NCBI RefSeq assembly: GCF_963921235.1
Contig: NC_086108.1
Span: forward strand, 77,812,001-77,876,000
DNA from: Mobula hypostoma
Taxonomy: Eukaryota
Reading direction: 5' to 3'
DNA length: 64,000 bases
Shown: positions 39,269 through 52,255 of the stretch, piece by piece
Position numbering within the stretch: the first letter of the stretch is position 1
Layout: each line of letters opens with the position of its first letter
Notes under the pieces: model-generated
Told to the model about the DNA's origin: nothing
The model's input: the letters and a program-made list of their open reading frames with translations, nothing else
Database searches by the model: none
Program-made: the position numbers and the translations under genes

Positions 39269-40328
39269 AGGTGGAAGATTGACGAACCCGTCTCCGTCTC
39301 CAAGTGTGGCTATCAGACAAGACCCACCAACAACGCCGCCTTCAACTCTCTTGAAACCCATCCCGTCAAAAAAGAGGAAGACGACTTGGGGAATTTCGTG
39401 GATTTGGATTTTATTTTATCCAACACGATGGGCTCTGAGCCCAGGAGCACGGGAGGGCACCATTCAGCCTATCCCCTGCCGGAAACTCCTGAGAGTTGCG
39501 GCACTATGTATGAGAACGATGGCCCTTACCCTCCCTCAAATAACTTTGGCAACAGCAACTTTGCTGGGAGTCCAAACCAAAGCCTGGTGGCTGAACTGCT
39601 CACACCGGATTTGCCGAACACCTTCCCGGGTGCATGCGAGGTTAATCAGGACTTTGGCATCAAATCTGCTTTGGAAATAAGAGAATACACAGAACTGAGG
39701 TCTCCCAACATGGGCAACACCGTGCCAAGATCCATCCCCATGGATATTCAGCACCTGAGCCACAAGATGAAGCGGGAGCCGCAAGCCAATCAGTCCTGTA
39801 TGCATGCAGGAACATCGTCGGGACTATTGATTGATCAGAAGCCGAACCTCATTCCATTGCGCCATCATTCCCATCCGCATCAGCAACCGCAGCAACAGCC
39901 AGTGCACCGCCAGACCTTTAGCCACCACAGACTCCCTCACGTAGGCCAACTGGTGCCCAAGGATTACCAGGCAATCCCAGACGTGCACCGCCCCCCCAAC
40001 ATCTCCGTGCCTCATCAGTATCATATAGGCGCCTCCTACCCGCCCCATTACGGCCAGCCTGCGGCGCCCCAGTTTCACGGGCAGTTCAACGTCTACCGAG
40101 ACCCTCGGAAGGTGCACGCAGGCATGCACGGGATGATGCTGACCCCGCCATCGTCCCCTCTGCTGGACTTCTTCCCTCCCGTATCCGCCCCGGAGGACAG
40201 TAAGCCCAAGCGGGGCCGCCGATCCTGGGCCAGGAAACGCACCGCCACTCACAACTGCGAGTTCCCTGGCTGTGGCAAGACTTACACCAAGAGTTCGCAC
40301 CTCAAGGCGCACATGAGGACTCACACAG
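39269..40328 (+). CDS. klf17: KLF17-like factor, coding exon 2 (activation domain, basic region/NLS, zinc finger 1)
   Basis: Polypyrimidine tract plus CAG acceptor ending at 39268, then RWK in phase 0. Contains [34 protein letters not shown] and C2H2 finger [23 protein letters not shown]. Donor G|GTGAG after 40328 (phase 1). [16 protein letters not shown] and KAHMRTH fit recalled fish/amphibian KLF17 better than KLF1, KLF2 or KLF4. Confidence 0.92.
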
Positions 40329-40588
40329 GTGAGCAGTTCAGAGCCCCTCTTGAACCACCCACATGACATTACTATGCTAACCTCCTGTATCCCAACTGTA
40401 GGAAAAGTAGATTTCAAAACTTGATAAATCTTTCAACGAGATTTCTCAACCTTAGACATGTGGTTACGCTGTGAACAAACAAATGAACAGAAAAATAAAC
40501 AAAAAAGAGTATGTTTGGGCTTTCAAAGATGTTTATGGGGAAATAAAATTATTAGTAAGTTTGCAGGGAATTGTTTTTAGTAGGGTGA

Positions 40589-40831
<243 letters not shown>

Positions 40832-41810
40832 ACAGCGAGGGCGTGTTTAGGCATACTATTTATACAGAGATTATTATTTACAAAATTTTGATACTGGGTA
40901 ATGGCTATTTTATGTATATAAAGGATCTTTTTTTAAAAAAAAGAAGCACTAAATTATTACTCAGTATTTAAAATAAAATCTCTTGTCACCCGGATATGTC
41001 TTCCAGAGAGAAAACAAAAGTATTAGAACTAAAGACAATAAATTCAGCTGAAGAGGGAATGGGTGGGGAGGCTTTTATGCAAAAGAAATAGGGCCGGACC
41101 CAGTTGTACATTCAATGTGTATATAGCCTATATTGTTTGGATTGAAATTCAATGCGTAAGCAATTTAAATGAAGCAAAGATATATTGCTGTTCTAAGATG
41201 TATTATTGCGGATTCTCTAGTACTGGAGCTTATTTACTTTGTGAACTGTTCACTTAATAGACACAAGTTAAATTAAAGTCCATTTTGTTTTGAACCTTTT
41301 TCTGTTTGGATTGGGCAGGGCGTTGGTTCAAATTGGCACCATCTTTGACGAGGAAATGACCCAGGTACTGCCTCCAATGAAGTTGTTGAACTATTTTTTA
41401 TATATTTTTTGTTTGCTTTGTATAAAGAAATACTTGAAAAAAAACTACAGTGAATACAACGACAAAAGCAGTGTAAACATTCTCGTAGTACGGCTCGCCT
41501 TCTTGTCACAGTTCTCGATATGAAAGCAAAAGAAAGTGGCGTATGCAGATAAAGTTGAAATATCGAAAGAACCGTTCAAAGTGCAATATGTGTGTATGTG
41601 TGTTTTTGTGCGTCTGTGCGTGTGTGTTTATCCTGTAATCGGGTCCTTCTGTTGACACCGAGTTATCAAACACTGGAAGCTAACTGCTGTTTCACGGATG
41701 GGAAGTTCTTGGTAATACAAAGCGAGCAATTACTATATCATTATCAGGTATCTCCAATGGATTCGTTGTATTCGTTTTCTTTTGTTTATATTACAAATAA
41801 ACTGTTTAAA
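40832..41810 (+). other. Probable 3' UTR of the KLF gene with candidate poly(A) signals
   Basis: AT-rich unique sequence after the stop. AATAAA at 40972-40977 and 41796-41801. The true 3' end is unknown. Confidence 0.5.
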
Positions 41811-44800
41811 ACACATTTGTAAAGCGTTTCTTTTAAAAGCCTTACAAACATTTTAACCTGCTGGGATCCCATTATCCTTTTATTCCTCGATTGCGGTAGC
41901 TTTAGCGGCGCTAAAGAACCCCATTGGAAAACCCATTGCAAGGAAGCAAAGAAAGGCCCTTTTGAATTGCTGTTATAAACGTGTGTTTGTGTGTGTTGGT
42001 ACATAAGTGTTCATATATGCATATACCGTAGAAACGTTGTTTAATAAACCTACTACGCTAGCTTTCTGAACACCCTAAGTTTCAACTCAGTGTTTAAATA
42101 CAGCTATTGGTCTGAACAGTTTTGCTGTTCCAGAAGTAGCGACGTGCCGCTTGGCCCAGAGTGACTGGAGTTTGCTGTAGCAGCAGGGAATGCTGAACTG
42201 AACTATTTGCTTAAAGGCCATTATCACCTGCTTCAGACTAATGTGAAGGTATTCACCCATCGTGTAACCGGTTTCATTTATTTTGGTAAGTAAACGATGT
42301 GACAAAAAAAACGTATTGCAAGTCAAGCTCCATGCATATGATATGAAATCTTTTGTTTTTCACATTTTCCTTATGTACTTCTTAGAAGTAAGCATACAAG
42401 AAATGGTGTCTTTTAAAAATAAAATGAAATTTGTAAATCATAGCTGAATGCGAGGACGCAGTAGTTTTGCTCACAATATTGATTCAGCCGAGGGTCTTGA
42501 CCCGCGATGTGAAACGGACTGGGCTGATGCCAAAAAGACCATAGCAATCCGAGGTTTACGGTTCAATATTAATCTGCGGTAAATCCCCAAGGCAGAAAGG
42601 GAAGGTTGAAGAATCACTGCGAATATCTACGGTGCCGTGCCGAAGAGAGCGGGCTGCTTATAGGTGTCCTATCCCATTTCGGCTGCTGAGTCTCGAGGTT
42701 TTAGAGCTGATCTGGAGGTAGCGACAAAATTACACCTAACCAAACTGGGAAGATCAGTAAGGTCTTTCCATATTTGAAGACCAACAATTTCACAAACCTT
42801 CAGTTCCTTAATTGTCAACAGGCACCTGTCGAGCAAATAGGACTTCTTGGGCCTACGTAAGAGTCCTGTTCCTTAACTAAACAAGCTGAGCTTTAAATTC
42901 TAACCCACCCCAACCCCCCACCCACCTCCCACAGGCTCTACTCAACCTGTTGAGTTCCTCCAGCAGGCGAATTGTTGCTCCAGATTCCAGTATTTGCATT
43001 TTGTTTTGTCTCAAGTTTTAAATCATCTCCATTCAAAAGGTGATGATCAGAATAAAATTTTTAAAAATACACCAGTCTGCGACTTAGTGGGGAGCGTTTC
43101 CACCCCGCAAGGTTCAATCTAACAGTTTAAGCACAAATATCTGGTGCCCTGTTTAAAGGACCGGTGAGTTATTCTCTCAGTCCTGTCACGCAGCAACAGA
43201 GTATCACGTTTCAATTCGCCAAGGGTGCTTTGTGCAGACTAATTTCACTGTTACTGTGAAAAGCTAAAGCCTTTTCTTGTAACTTTTATGTTTCTGGTCA
43301 ACCATTATAAAGCGGCATTGAAACAATTTTTATTTGTTTTGGAACAAGCTTGACTTCCGATGCCTTCCTTATTCTCAAGGCTCACTTCCTGAATAATGGT
43401 GACTTAAGGGAGTAACCAACATCTTACTCGGAAATCAGTGCTTTGATGTTAACAAGGCTTTGGAATTAAATCGACGATAGAAGAAAATAATTAAAGTTAT
43501 TCGAGTGTTATCGAAAAATAACCTACGTTAAATTAAAAAAAATCATTCCATTCGTCTAAATAACGAATGTACGCATCAAATATAGTCAAGGCCTACAGTG
43601 AACGTTACATCCATACAGAGCCAAGGAATTAATGTTAATACATTCCATTTGTAAGAGATGCGAAAACATCAAAACGCGTTTAAAACTATTGACTTACATA
43701 AATAATTCTTCACCCTTAAGGAACCATATTGCATTTATTCAACTTTTTTTCCTGTGATGTTCTGTATATTAAAACGCTGGGTGTTGGTGCCGCGGTAGGA
43801 AATGTTATGTACCGTGTATCAGTGTCAGGCACTCTCAGGCCAGATAGGATCAGCTATACGGAAGAAAGTTACTGTTGGCCACCCTTGAATTTAGTCCATA
43901 ATATCATAAATTATGCGGAATATATATTTAGTACAAAATAAAATGCATGTCTATTAAGCTCAGTAATAATACAATACAGAAATAGAATTACATAATTTAA
44001 TATTTAGTATTATATTATGGATCTCAATCCCATATTTCTGTACACAATTTAAAAATATGATTAGTGATTTCATAATAATTTTCCTGCATCATAAATATTT
44101 TCATAGAATTTTATTAAAGACTTCATAAAGGTTGTTTGTTTTATTTTCAGCTGGTTTTCTGAACAGTTACCTGCCCACCAATTTGACTTCACAGTTTTTT
44201 CCTTTCACTTTTCCCCTGGATGGGTGGTGCTTCCCTGGGCAAATATTCTTCCAGGTATGTCACCCAGTGTAGGTACGCCTGGGTTTGAGTCTTGTCAATT
44301 CATTCATCTCCCGGGGCATATTGTTATCAACCTGGATCGCCCTCCCCCAAAAGCTGTTGAAGTTTTCAGAAATGGCATGATGGACATTTATTGGTCAAGA
44401 ATATGAAAGCAAAATGAGCTGAGAGGTATAACTAATATTCAGTTCCAGATTAGTCATGATCAAGTTGAAAGACAGAGCATGCTTGAGAGGCTTAACAAAT
44501 TGCTTCCTTTGTTCTCCCAGGCGCTTGAGCAAAACACGATTCTTTGCAAGACTCAATCTGAACACGTTTTTCTAAACTGAAGGTGGCAGTTGTTCACCCC
44601 ACAAATCATTTGATGAATTGACAGTACAAATGAATTCTCTTCATATTGAAGCATTAAGTTAAACTACCTCTCTAACAACTTCTCTGTTGTCAGGCAATAT
44701 TTCGTAATTTTCAAGATAAGTTTAATGTACTTTGTAGAAAATAAGTTTCATAGAAGTTCTACCTTTTGATAGTTCATTTTAAAGGATCGCAAAATATCTA

Positions 44801-45124
44801 GAGCTATCCTCACAATGTTCACAAAAGTAAATCCTACAGATGAAATCTGATTCCTAAATGGATATTGAACCCGTGAATACTACCTCACTTTTCAAAAATA
44901 TATTATTTCTGTTTTTACATGATTCTTCATCTATTCAGTATACATGCACTGTAATTGATTTACTTATTTATTTATTATTATTTTTTCTTCTTCTATATTA
45001 TGTATTGCATTGAACTGCTGCTGCTAAGTTAACAAATTTCATGACACATGCCACTGATTCAGAAATATACAAATATACAGCAGGACAAGCAGCAACATTT
45101 GATGAAAATTAAAAAAAACAGTAG

Positions 45125-45300
45125 GCTAGAAATCTAAAAGAGAAATGCTGGAAAAACAGTTAAAGCAGCATTTGTGCAAAGGTAAACAAAAATAACATGT
45201 CAGTTCTGAATTCCATTTCTGATGAAGAGACTCTTTCCACATATGCTGCCTGGCCTGCTGGATATTTACAGCATTTTCTGGCTTTAGCATTTTCAGCATT
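45125..45300. mobile_element. Decayed palindromic Penelope-derived element
   Basis: Left AAATGCTGGA..GCAGCAT and right CTGATGAAG..ATGCTGCCTGGCCTGCTG..CAGCATTTTC resemble the two arms of the 47.7 kb element. Confidence 0.5.
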
Positions 45301-45599
45301 TGATTAAGGATTAATCACCTGATGTGCTAACTGTTTGGCCTGTTAAGAATTTCCAACATTTTCTAATTCTATTTTAGTAAGTTGTCAAATTGAGTTATGT
45401 TTTCATCAGAAAAAGAAAGAAAAGGTTGAAGTTCAAATTAAGTTCAGTAATTCTCACCCACATTTGAATTACACTGTACAGCAGTATTTTCAGAAACCTA
45501 GGAATAGATTAAATATACAGACATATTTTAAGTGGAGGTAACACAGTTGCGGTCTATGTATCTGTTTAAGAAGGGCATTGAAAAACGTTACAACCCCTG

Positions 45600-45660
45600 C
45601 TGCTAGGTGGCGGTAGCAAGCCCATTGTGTTACTCAAAGTGCAATAGCACCATCTTGTGG
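45600..45660. promoter_or_regulatory. Pair of oppositely oriented candidate CTCF sites
   Basis: CTGCTAGGTGGCGG (+, 45600-45613) and CCACAAGATGGTGCTA (-, 45645-45660). Confidence 0.4.
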
Positions 45661-46229
45661 ATTTCTCATGAATTACAGATGTTTGGAAGTCCGTTTATTA
45701 GAAACTGAACATTTAAGAACATTAGGAGCAATCATAGAAGATAGAAGTGGGTGAAAATCATATATTTCTATATTTGATCATAAAGTATAACAATTTTGCA
45801 ACATGTGTTTCATAAATTAGTGTTTTTATTTATCATACTTTCTGTGGTATACCATTTTAAGACCAAAGATTATCTAATGCCAATTTAACATAATCTGTAC
45901 CAGTTATCAATTGTGCAGATCAATTATCACAGCAAAACATACGCCCAGCAGATTAATTCTTCTCCTTCAGTAGGATTAAGCAGGACTTGCTGACTTCCAG
46001 TTCTGCTCATTTTGAGGTGCTTGACCTGTGGGACCTGTAGTCTGTGCCACAGGTAAGGCAGAAGGTGCTTGATGTAATTGGCAGAAAGAGCATATTAGTT
46101 TGGGTAAGTGCTGTATCTCTGCCAATTACGTTGTGGGCTATCTGTGCTTAGTAAATGGATAGAGATCTTGGTGCCATACCCAAAACTCTTCGTACAGGGT
46201 TTCCATGAGTCAAAGTGGATGTTATACAA

Positions 46230-46775
46230 AGAGTCATGGAGTGATAGACTACGTATACAGTCTTAGAAAACTACAGCACAGCACAGCACAAGCCCTTTAA
46301 CCACAAGTCCATGCCAAAGCATCTAAACTACCTAATCCCATTGACTCAGACCATAACCCTCCATACCATGTATCTATGTATCTTTCCAAACTTCTCATGA
46401 ACATTGAAATCAAAATCGCATCCATCACATGCCCTGATAGCTCACTGCACGCTCTCATCTCCCTTCAAGTGAAGAAGTTTGCCTCATGTTCCCCTTAAGC
46501 ATTTCATCTTTCACCCATAACCCATGACCTCAATTTGTAGTCTCACCCAACCTCAGTGGAAAAAGCCTGCTTGCATTTACCCCATCTGAACCCCTTATAA
46601 TTTTGTATACCTCTATCAAATCTCGCCTCAATTTTTTACGTTCTAGGGAATAAAGTTCTAACCTATTTGATCTTTCCTTTCAATTCAGGTCTTCCTGTCC
46701 CAGAAATATCCTTGTAAGTTTTCTTTGTACTCTTTCAACCTTATTTACATCTTTCCTGTAGGTAGGTGACCAAGG
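46230..46775 (-). mobile_element. CR1 3' fragment
   Basis: TTTTGTATACCTCTATCAAATCTC and ATCCTTGTAAGTTTTCTTTGTACTCT are the reverse complement of CR1 C-terminal LRGDLIEVYK and RVQRK-like codons. Confidence 0.7.
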
Positions 46776-47480
46776 TGACTTCGTGAATCTACTTTAATAT
46801 TTTCCTCTGATAACATGGTAATCTCTTGTCCTTGGTAGAGATTGAAGTTAAGCATCTGTCTCAGGGTGTTGCGTCATGCTTTGCAACCACCCCCACCCTC
46901 TCGTTCTATTAGGGGCTAAATACTTGGGATGTTGAATTCAATGACGACACCAACAGACTTAAAGTACTTTGTGGAAATACTATTGGTGGTCCCTTTCCTG
47001 CTGTTTAGAAGTGCCTGCTGCAGGTAGTCCTGCAATGTATTGGCAACCATGCACCAGGGATAACCAGAAGTCAATGGTCACAACGACAGCTATTGCTATG
47101 TAGTCCACCTACATAAATTTCATACTATGTATCAGAATATTCAATGTTGCAATGATAAATATTTCCAGTTTGCTCCTATAGGTTGACTATGTAACATGTA
47201 TTTAAATAATTCCCAGTATCCAACTCTTTATATGAGATTGATGACTAAGTTGTAACTATGTCATTTATAGGTACTATTTATCTTAATTTTTATAGATACA
47301 GGGTATTTATTATATCTTTTATTAGTTTTAACTATCTAATATCTGCTGTGATTTATGCATCTTTAACAACAATTTTATATTCCTGACATATAGTGAAATG
47401 ACTGAAGCACTGACTTTCTGCACCGGAATCAGTTTCAGTAAAGTGAAAGATCAGTACATTAGGTCTTGAACTTCCAGTTC

Positions 47481-47624
47481 TAGAACATAGAACATAGAAA
47501 TCTACAGCACATTACAAGCCCTTTGGCCCACAGTGTTGTGCTGACCATGTAACCTACTCTAGAAGCTGCCTAGAATTTTCCTAGCGCATAAACCTCTATT
47601 TTCTGAGCTCCATGTGCCTTCTAA
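47481..47624 (-). mobile_element. CR1 3'-terminal fragment hosting the palindromic insertion
   Basis: AGAACATAGAACATAGAAATCTACAGCACATTAC is nearly identical to 17240-17375. Confidence 0.8.
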
Positions 47625-47849
47625 GCAACACACATAAAAGTTGCTGGTGGACGCAGCAGGCCAGGCAGCATCTCTAGGAAGAGATGCAGTCGACGTTTCA
47701 GGCCGAGACCCTTCACCAGGACCTGACGAAGGGTCTCGGCCTGAAACATCGACTGCACCTCTTCCTAGAGATGCTGCCTGGCCTGCTGCGTTCACCAGCA
47801 ACTTTTATGTGTGTTGCTTGAATTTCCAAATCTGCAGAATTCCTGTTGT
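47625..47849. mobile_element. Palindromic Penelope-like-element-derived short insertion with hammerhead-like cores
   Basis: 98-bp inverted arms (47623-47720 and 47722-47819, 5 mismatches by hand count). 13-bp TSD ATGTGCCTTCTAA at 47612-47624 and 47850-47862. CTGACGA...GAAAC motif. Confidence 0.8.
47718..47755 (+). ncRNA. Minimal type I hammerhead ribozyme-like motif (partly mutated)
   Basis: CTGACGA (47723-47729), stem II AGGGTCTCGGCCT, GAAA (47743-47746), CATC, GACTG. The mirror copy on the minus strand reads CTGGTGA...GAAACGTC-GACTG. Confidence 0.6.
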
Positions 47850-48549
47850 ATGTGCCTTCTAAACTTCAGTTCTGCTGAGGAAAATACTTCTGTTGCTTTT
47901 CGCGAAACCTAGAGTGCACAATATCATTAGTAATGAGAAAATTCAGTGAAATCCCATCAAATTGACCTCTTTTCATAATCACTTAACTTTTTGCATTACA
48001 GCTTTTAATTCATCACCCCCCACTTAAAATGAATGCCTTTTATTCATCGTTTGAGGGAACATTACTCTATTAATGATCGCTTTGTATGTTTTAATTGTTG
48101 AACTCTGATCTCCCAATATGATATTACTGTGGTTGTGTCCTTCCCCAAAGCTGCAAGAACTTCATCCACTCCACTTACCTGTGACTGTTAGAGATGAAAG
48201 AAGGAGAAGACCAGAGTAAAGTGCTTCAAGCTTTCCATTATCTGACTCAGATATAATTACCTGTACTTGTTAGAAGGGGTATAGTTTCACAGCCTATCCT
48301 TCAATAAAGAGGCAGCTTCCAAATTTATTATGCACTCCAGATTGACCTGAAGTTAACATCCAGTTTAGACAAGCCTGCCTGTTGTGAATTTTCCACTAGC
48401 TCATGGGAGAGTCATATAAATCAAATAAATCAACCATTCTTATTTGGCTAGAGTAAACAGATGATTCTGGTCATATTTTTCACAAGAAAAATGTTTTCCT
48501 TTATTCAAATGATGAATTTATAGAGGTATTTGAGAGAGTTTTCAAAAAT

Positions 48550-49214
48550 GTGTGGCTAGACATAGCTCAAACACCATCTATAAATTTGCTGACGATGCAA
48601 CCATTGTTGGTAGAATATCAGGTGGCGATGAGAGGTTGTACAGGAGTGAGATATGCCAACTAGTGGAGTGGTGCTGCAGCAACAACCTGGCACTCAACGT
48701 CAGTAAAACAAAAGAGCTGATTGTGGGCTTCAGGAAGGGTAAGATGAAGGAACACATGCCAATGCTCATAGAGGGAACAGAAGTGCAGAGAGTGAGCTGC
48801 TTCAAGTTCCTGGGTGTCACGATCTCTGTGGATCTAACCTGGTCCCAACATATCAATGTAGTTATAAAGAAGGCAAGACAGCACCATACTTTATTAGGAA
48901 TTTGAAGAGATTTGGCATGTCAACAAATAGACTCAAAAACTTCTATAGTTGTACCGAGGAGAGCATTCTGACAGGCTGCATCACTGTGTGGTATGGAGAT
49001 GCTACTGCACAGGACTGAAAGAAGCTGCAGACGGTTGTAAATCTAGTCATCTCCATCTCAGGTACTAGCCTACAAAGTACCCAGGACATCTTTAGAGAGC
49101 AGAGTCTCAGAAAGGCAGTGTCCATTACTAAGGACCTCCAGCACTCAGGGCATGCCCTTTTCTCACTGTTACCATCAGGTAGGAGGTACAGAAGGCTGAA
49201 GGCACACACTCAGC
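48550..49214 (+). mobile_element. Rex1/Babar-type LINE RT fragment (second subfamily)
   Basis: IYKFADDATIVGRI..WCCSNNLALNVSKTKELIV..FKFLGVTIS..KKARQ. Confidence 0.85.
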
Positions 49215-50697
49215 ATTCTGCCTTCATCAATGTGTTTTGTTACATCCTCAAGTAATTCAGTCAGGTTTGTAAGGCATGACCTGCCCTTGATAAAGCCATG
49301 CTGACTATCCCTAATCAGATTATGCCTCTCCAAATGTTCATAAATTCTGCCTCTCAGGACCTTCTCCAACAATTTGCCCATCACTGAAGTAAGACTCTCT
49401 GGTCTATCATTTCCTGGGTTATCTCTACTCTCTTTCTTGAACAAAGGAACAACGCTTGCTAATTTCTAATCCTTTGGTAATTCTCCGGTCTATATTGATG
49501 ATGCAAAGATCATGGCCAGAGGCTCAGCAGTCTCCTCCCTCGCTTCCCACAGTAGCCTGGGGTATATTTCGTCCAGTACTGGTGACTTATCTAACTTAAT
49601 ACCTTTTAAAAGCTCCAGCACATCCTCTTTCTTAATGTCTATACACTAACACATTTCAGTGTGCTATAAGTCATCACCACAATTGCGAAGGTCCTTTTCA
49701 CTGGTGAATACTGAAGCAAAGTATTCATTAAGTAACTTTGCTACCTCCTCCAGCTCCAAGCATATGTTTCCACTCTCAATCCTGATTATCCTATTCTCAC
49801 ACGGCTCATCCTCTTGCTCTTCACATACTTGCAGAATGCCTTGGGTTTTCCTTAATCCAGCTCACCAAGACCTTCTCATGGCCTCTTCTAGCTCTCCTAA
49901 TTTCATTCTTGAGCTCCTTCCTGGCACCCTTGCAATTTTCTAGAGCTCTAACAGTACCTAGTTTCCTGAACCTTTCATAATCCTTTCTTTTCTTCTTAAG
50001 TAGATTTTCTACATACTTTGTACACCATATTTCTCTTACCCTACCATCCTTTCCTTGAATCAACGGAGCATACCTATGCAGAACGCCATGCAAATGTTCC
50101 TTGAACATTTGAACATTTCCCTCATTTCCTTGAACATTTGCCTCATTTCCACTATGTATTGCCCTGAGAACATCTTCTTCCAATTTATGTTCCCAAGTTC
50201 CTGCCTAATAGCATCATATTTCCCCCTACCCCAATTAAATGTTTTCACAAATTTTCTGCTCCTATCTTAAAGGAGATAGAGTTGTGATCATTACTTCCAA
50301 AGTGGTCTCCCACTGAGAGATGTGACACCTGACCAGGTTCAATTCCCAATACCAGATCAAGTACAGCCTCTCCTCTAGTCAGCTTATCTACGTATTGCAT
50401 CAGGAAACCTCCCTGAACACTCCTAACAAACTCCACCCCATCTAAACCCCTTGCTTTAAGGTGACGCCAGTCAATAAAGTTAAAATCACCCATCACAACA
50501 ACCCTATTATTATTGCACCATTCCAGAATCTGTCTTCCCATCTGCTCCTCGATGTCTCTGTTACTGTTGAGCGGCGGGGGGGGGGGATCTATTAAAAATG
50601 CCCAGTCGAGTTATTGCCCACTTCCTGTTTCAGACTTCCACCCACAATTACTCAGTAGATAATCCCTCCATGACTTCCTCCTTTTGTGCAGCTGTGA
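49215..50697 (-). mobile_element. CR1 LINE fragment (endonuclease to start of RT)
   Basis: VVVMGDFN, LDLVLG..GSNDHN, SLTSVMGKLLE..QHGFIKGRSCLTNL. Paralogous to 18200-19445. Confidence 0.88.
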
Positions 50698-51063
50698 ACT
50701 TAGAGAGAGATTGAAGTTGCACAATATTCGTATCTTATGAAGGATGTTGGAATAGCAGTAACTGCCAGTCAGTAAATGTGGGAAAGGACCAGTAGTGACT
50801 CAATTGAAGTAAGTGTTCCAATTGCCATCTCCCTAATGACATTTAGCTGCACATTTATCATGGCAACTTTTTGAGTTTTGCGTTTAATTTGACATGCATA
50901 GTCAATAGTTCCACTGTGTAACGATGATAAATTTTGGCAGTTTTGTTATTGTAACTTGTTGAGAAGCTGTTCAGTATCAATATTCAGAAGAATCTGAATG
51001 AACCTGTACCCAGAACACAGGAAGATAACAAACAAATGCAGGAAACAACCTGTAGAGCAAATA

Positions 51064-51507
51064 CACCCAGTGGCCGCGTTATTACGTACCTCTACATGGT
51101 TATTTGAGTTCCTATTGCCTTCCTGCCAGCTTGAACCAGTCTGGTCATTCTCCTTTGACCTCTCTCATTAACAAGGGGTTTTTGCCCACAGAATTGTCAC
51201 TCAATGGATGTTTATTTTTGTTTTTCACTCCATTCACTGTAAACTCTAAAGATTGTTGTGTGTGAAAACCCCAGGAAATCAGCAGTTTCTGAGATACTCA
51301 AACCACCCTATCTGGCACCAACAATCATTCCACAGTGAAGGTCACTTAGATCACATTTCTTCCTCACTCTGATGTTTGGTCTGAACAACAACTGAACCTC
51401 TTGGCTATGTCTGCATGCTTTTATGAAATGATTTGCTGCCAAGTGATTGGCTGAATTTAATATTTGCATTAACGAGCAGTTTTCCCTAATAAAGTGGTCA
51501 CTGAGTG
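51064..51507 (-). mobile_element. Second, shorter copy of the Tc1 deletion derivative
   Basis: Same TIRs (TA-CACCCAGTGGCC...AAAGTGGTCACTGAGTG). The interior aligns by eye with 15745-16120. Confidence 0.85.
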
Positions 51508-51539
51508 CATCTTTCTCTTGGGATAGAAGAGATTGCGGA

Positions 51540-51645
51540 AACTAGAACCTGGAGCAACAAATGGCTTTCTGGGAATACTCAGCAGGCTGAACAGCATCTG
51601 TAGGGGAACAAATTAGTTGTTGAAGTCTTGAGTTGAAGCCCCTCA
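51540..51645 (-). mobile_element. Decayed Penelope-derived terminal fragment
   Basis: CTGGGAATACTCAGCAGGCTGAACAGCATCTGT is similar to the left arm of the 47.7 kb element. Confidence 0.45.
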
Positions 51646-52255
51646 GTATTACCCTGCAGTAGAACTCTTTATTGCAAAGGTTTTGATTTGATGCAGATGA
51701 CATATTTCACCATATGTTTTGATGTACATGTGACAAATAGAACTAATCTTTTAATCTTTTTGATTTTTTTATACAATTGTATTGGACTTTGGCAGTTCCA
51801 CTCCTCTATAGGTTTGGTCTCCATACTTAGGGAAAAACATACTTCCATTTGAGGTTTTGCAATAAGTGTTCACAGGACTGATTCCTGAGAAGTTGCTCTG
51901 TAAGGCATAATGAAGTAAGTATAGTCCCATAACATTTGAGTTATATAAGAACAGAGGAATCTGGCATTCTGAAAAGTGGTTATTAAGAGAGTTTGTCAGG
52001 ACAGAATGAGAGAGTGCATTGCTTCAGGATAAAGTGTGATCATTTTGAACTGAGATAATAAAAAAGTTTTTTTATTCAGAAGGATGCAATAAGAAAATGG
52101 GAAAAGCAGTTCCGTAAAGAGGAGGTGTCAATAGAATGTAAATGAGAAATGTCAAACATATTTTTTTTACAAAATAAACGCATTACTTTCATGAACTATA
52201 AATAAAAGGGGACAAAAAGGCTGAGTCCTGTCTCTGGAACAGGACCTGCACCATA

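Noticed and set aside
39251..40366. 371-aa single-exon ORF taken as the full protein
   Set aside because: It starts at a TTG inside the polypyrimidine tract and runs into intron 2. The splice signals and KLF homology support the 3-exon model.
39824..40417. 197-aa antisense ORF and other overlapping ORFs on the KLF exons
   Set aside because: Shadow frames of GC-rich coding sequence with no recognisable domain.
47559..47862. Two near-identical ORFs on opposite strands
   Set aside because: A by-product of the DNA palindrome, not protein genes.
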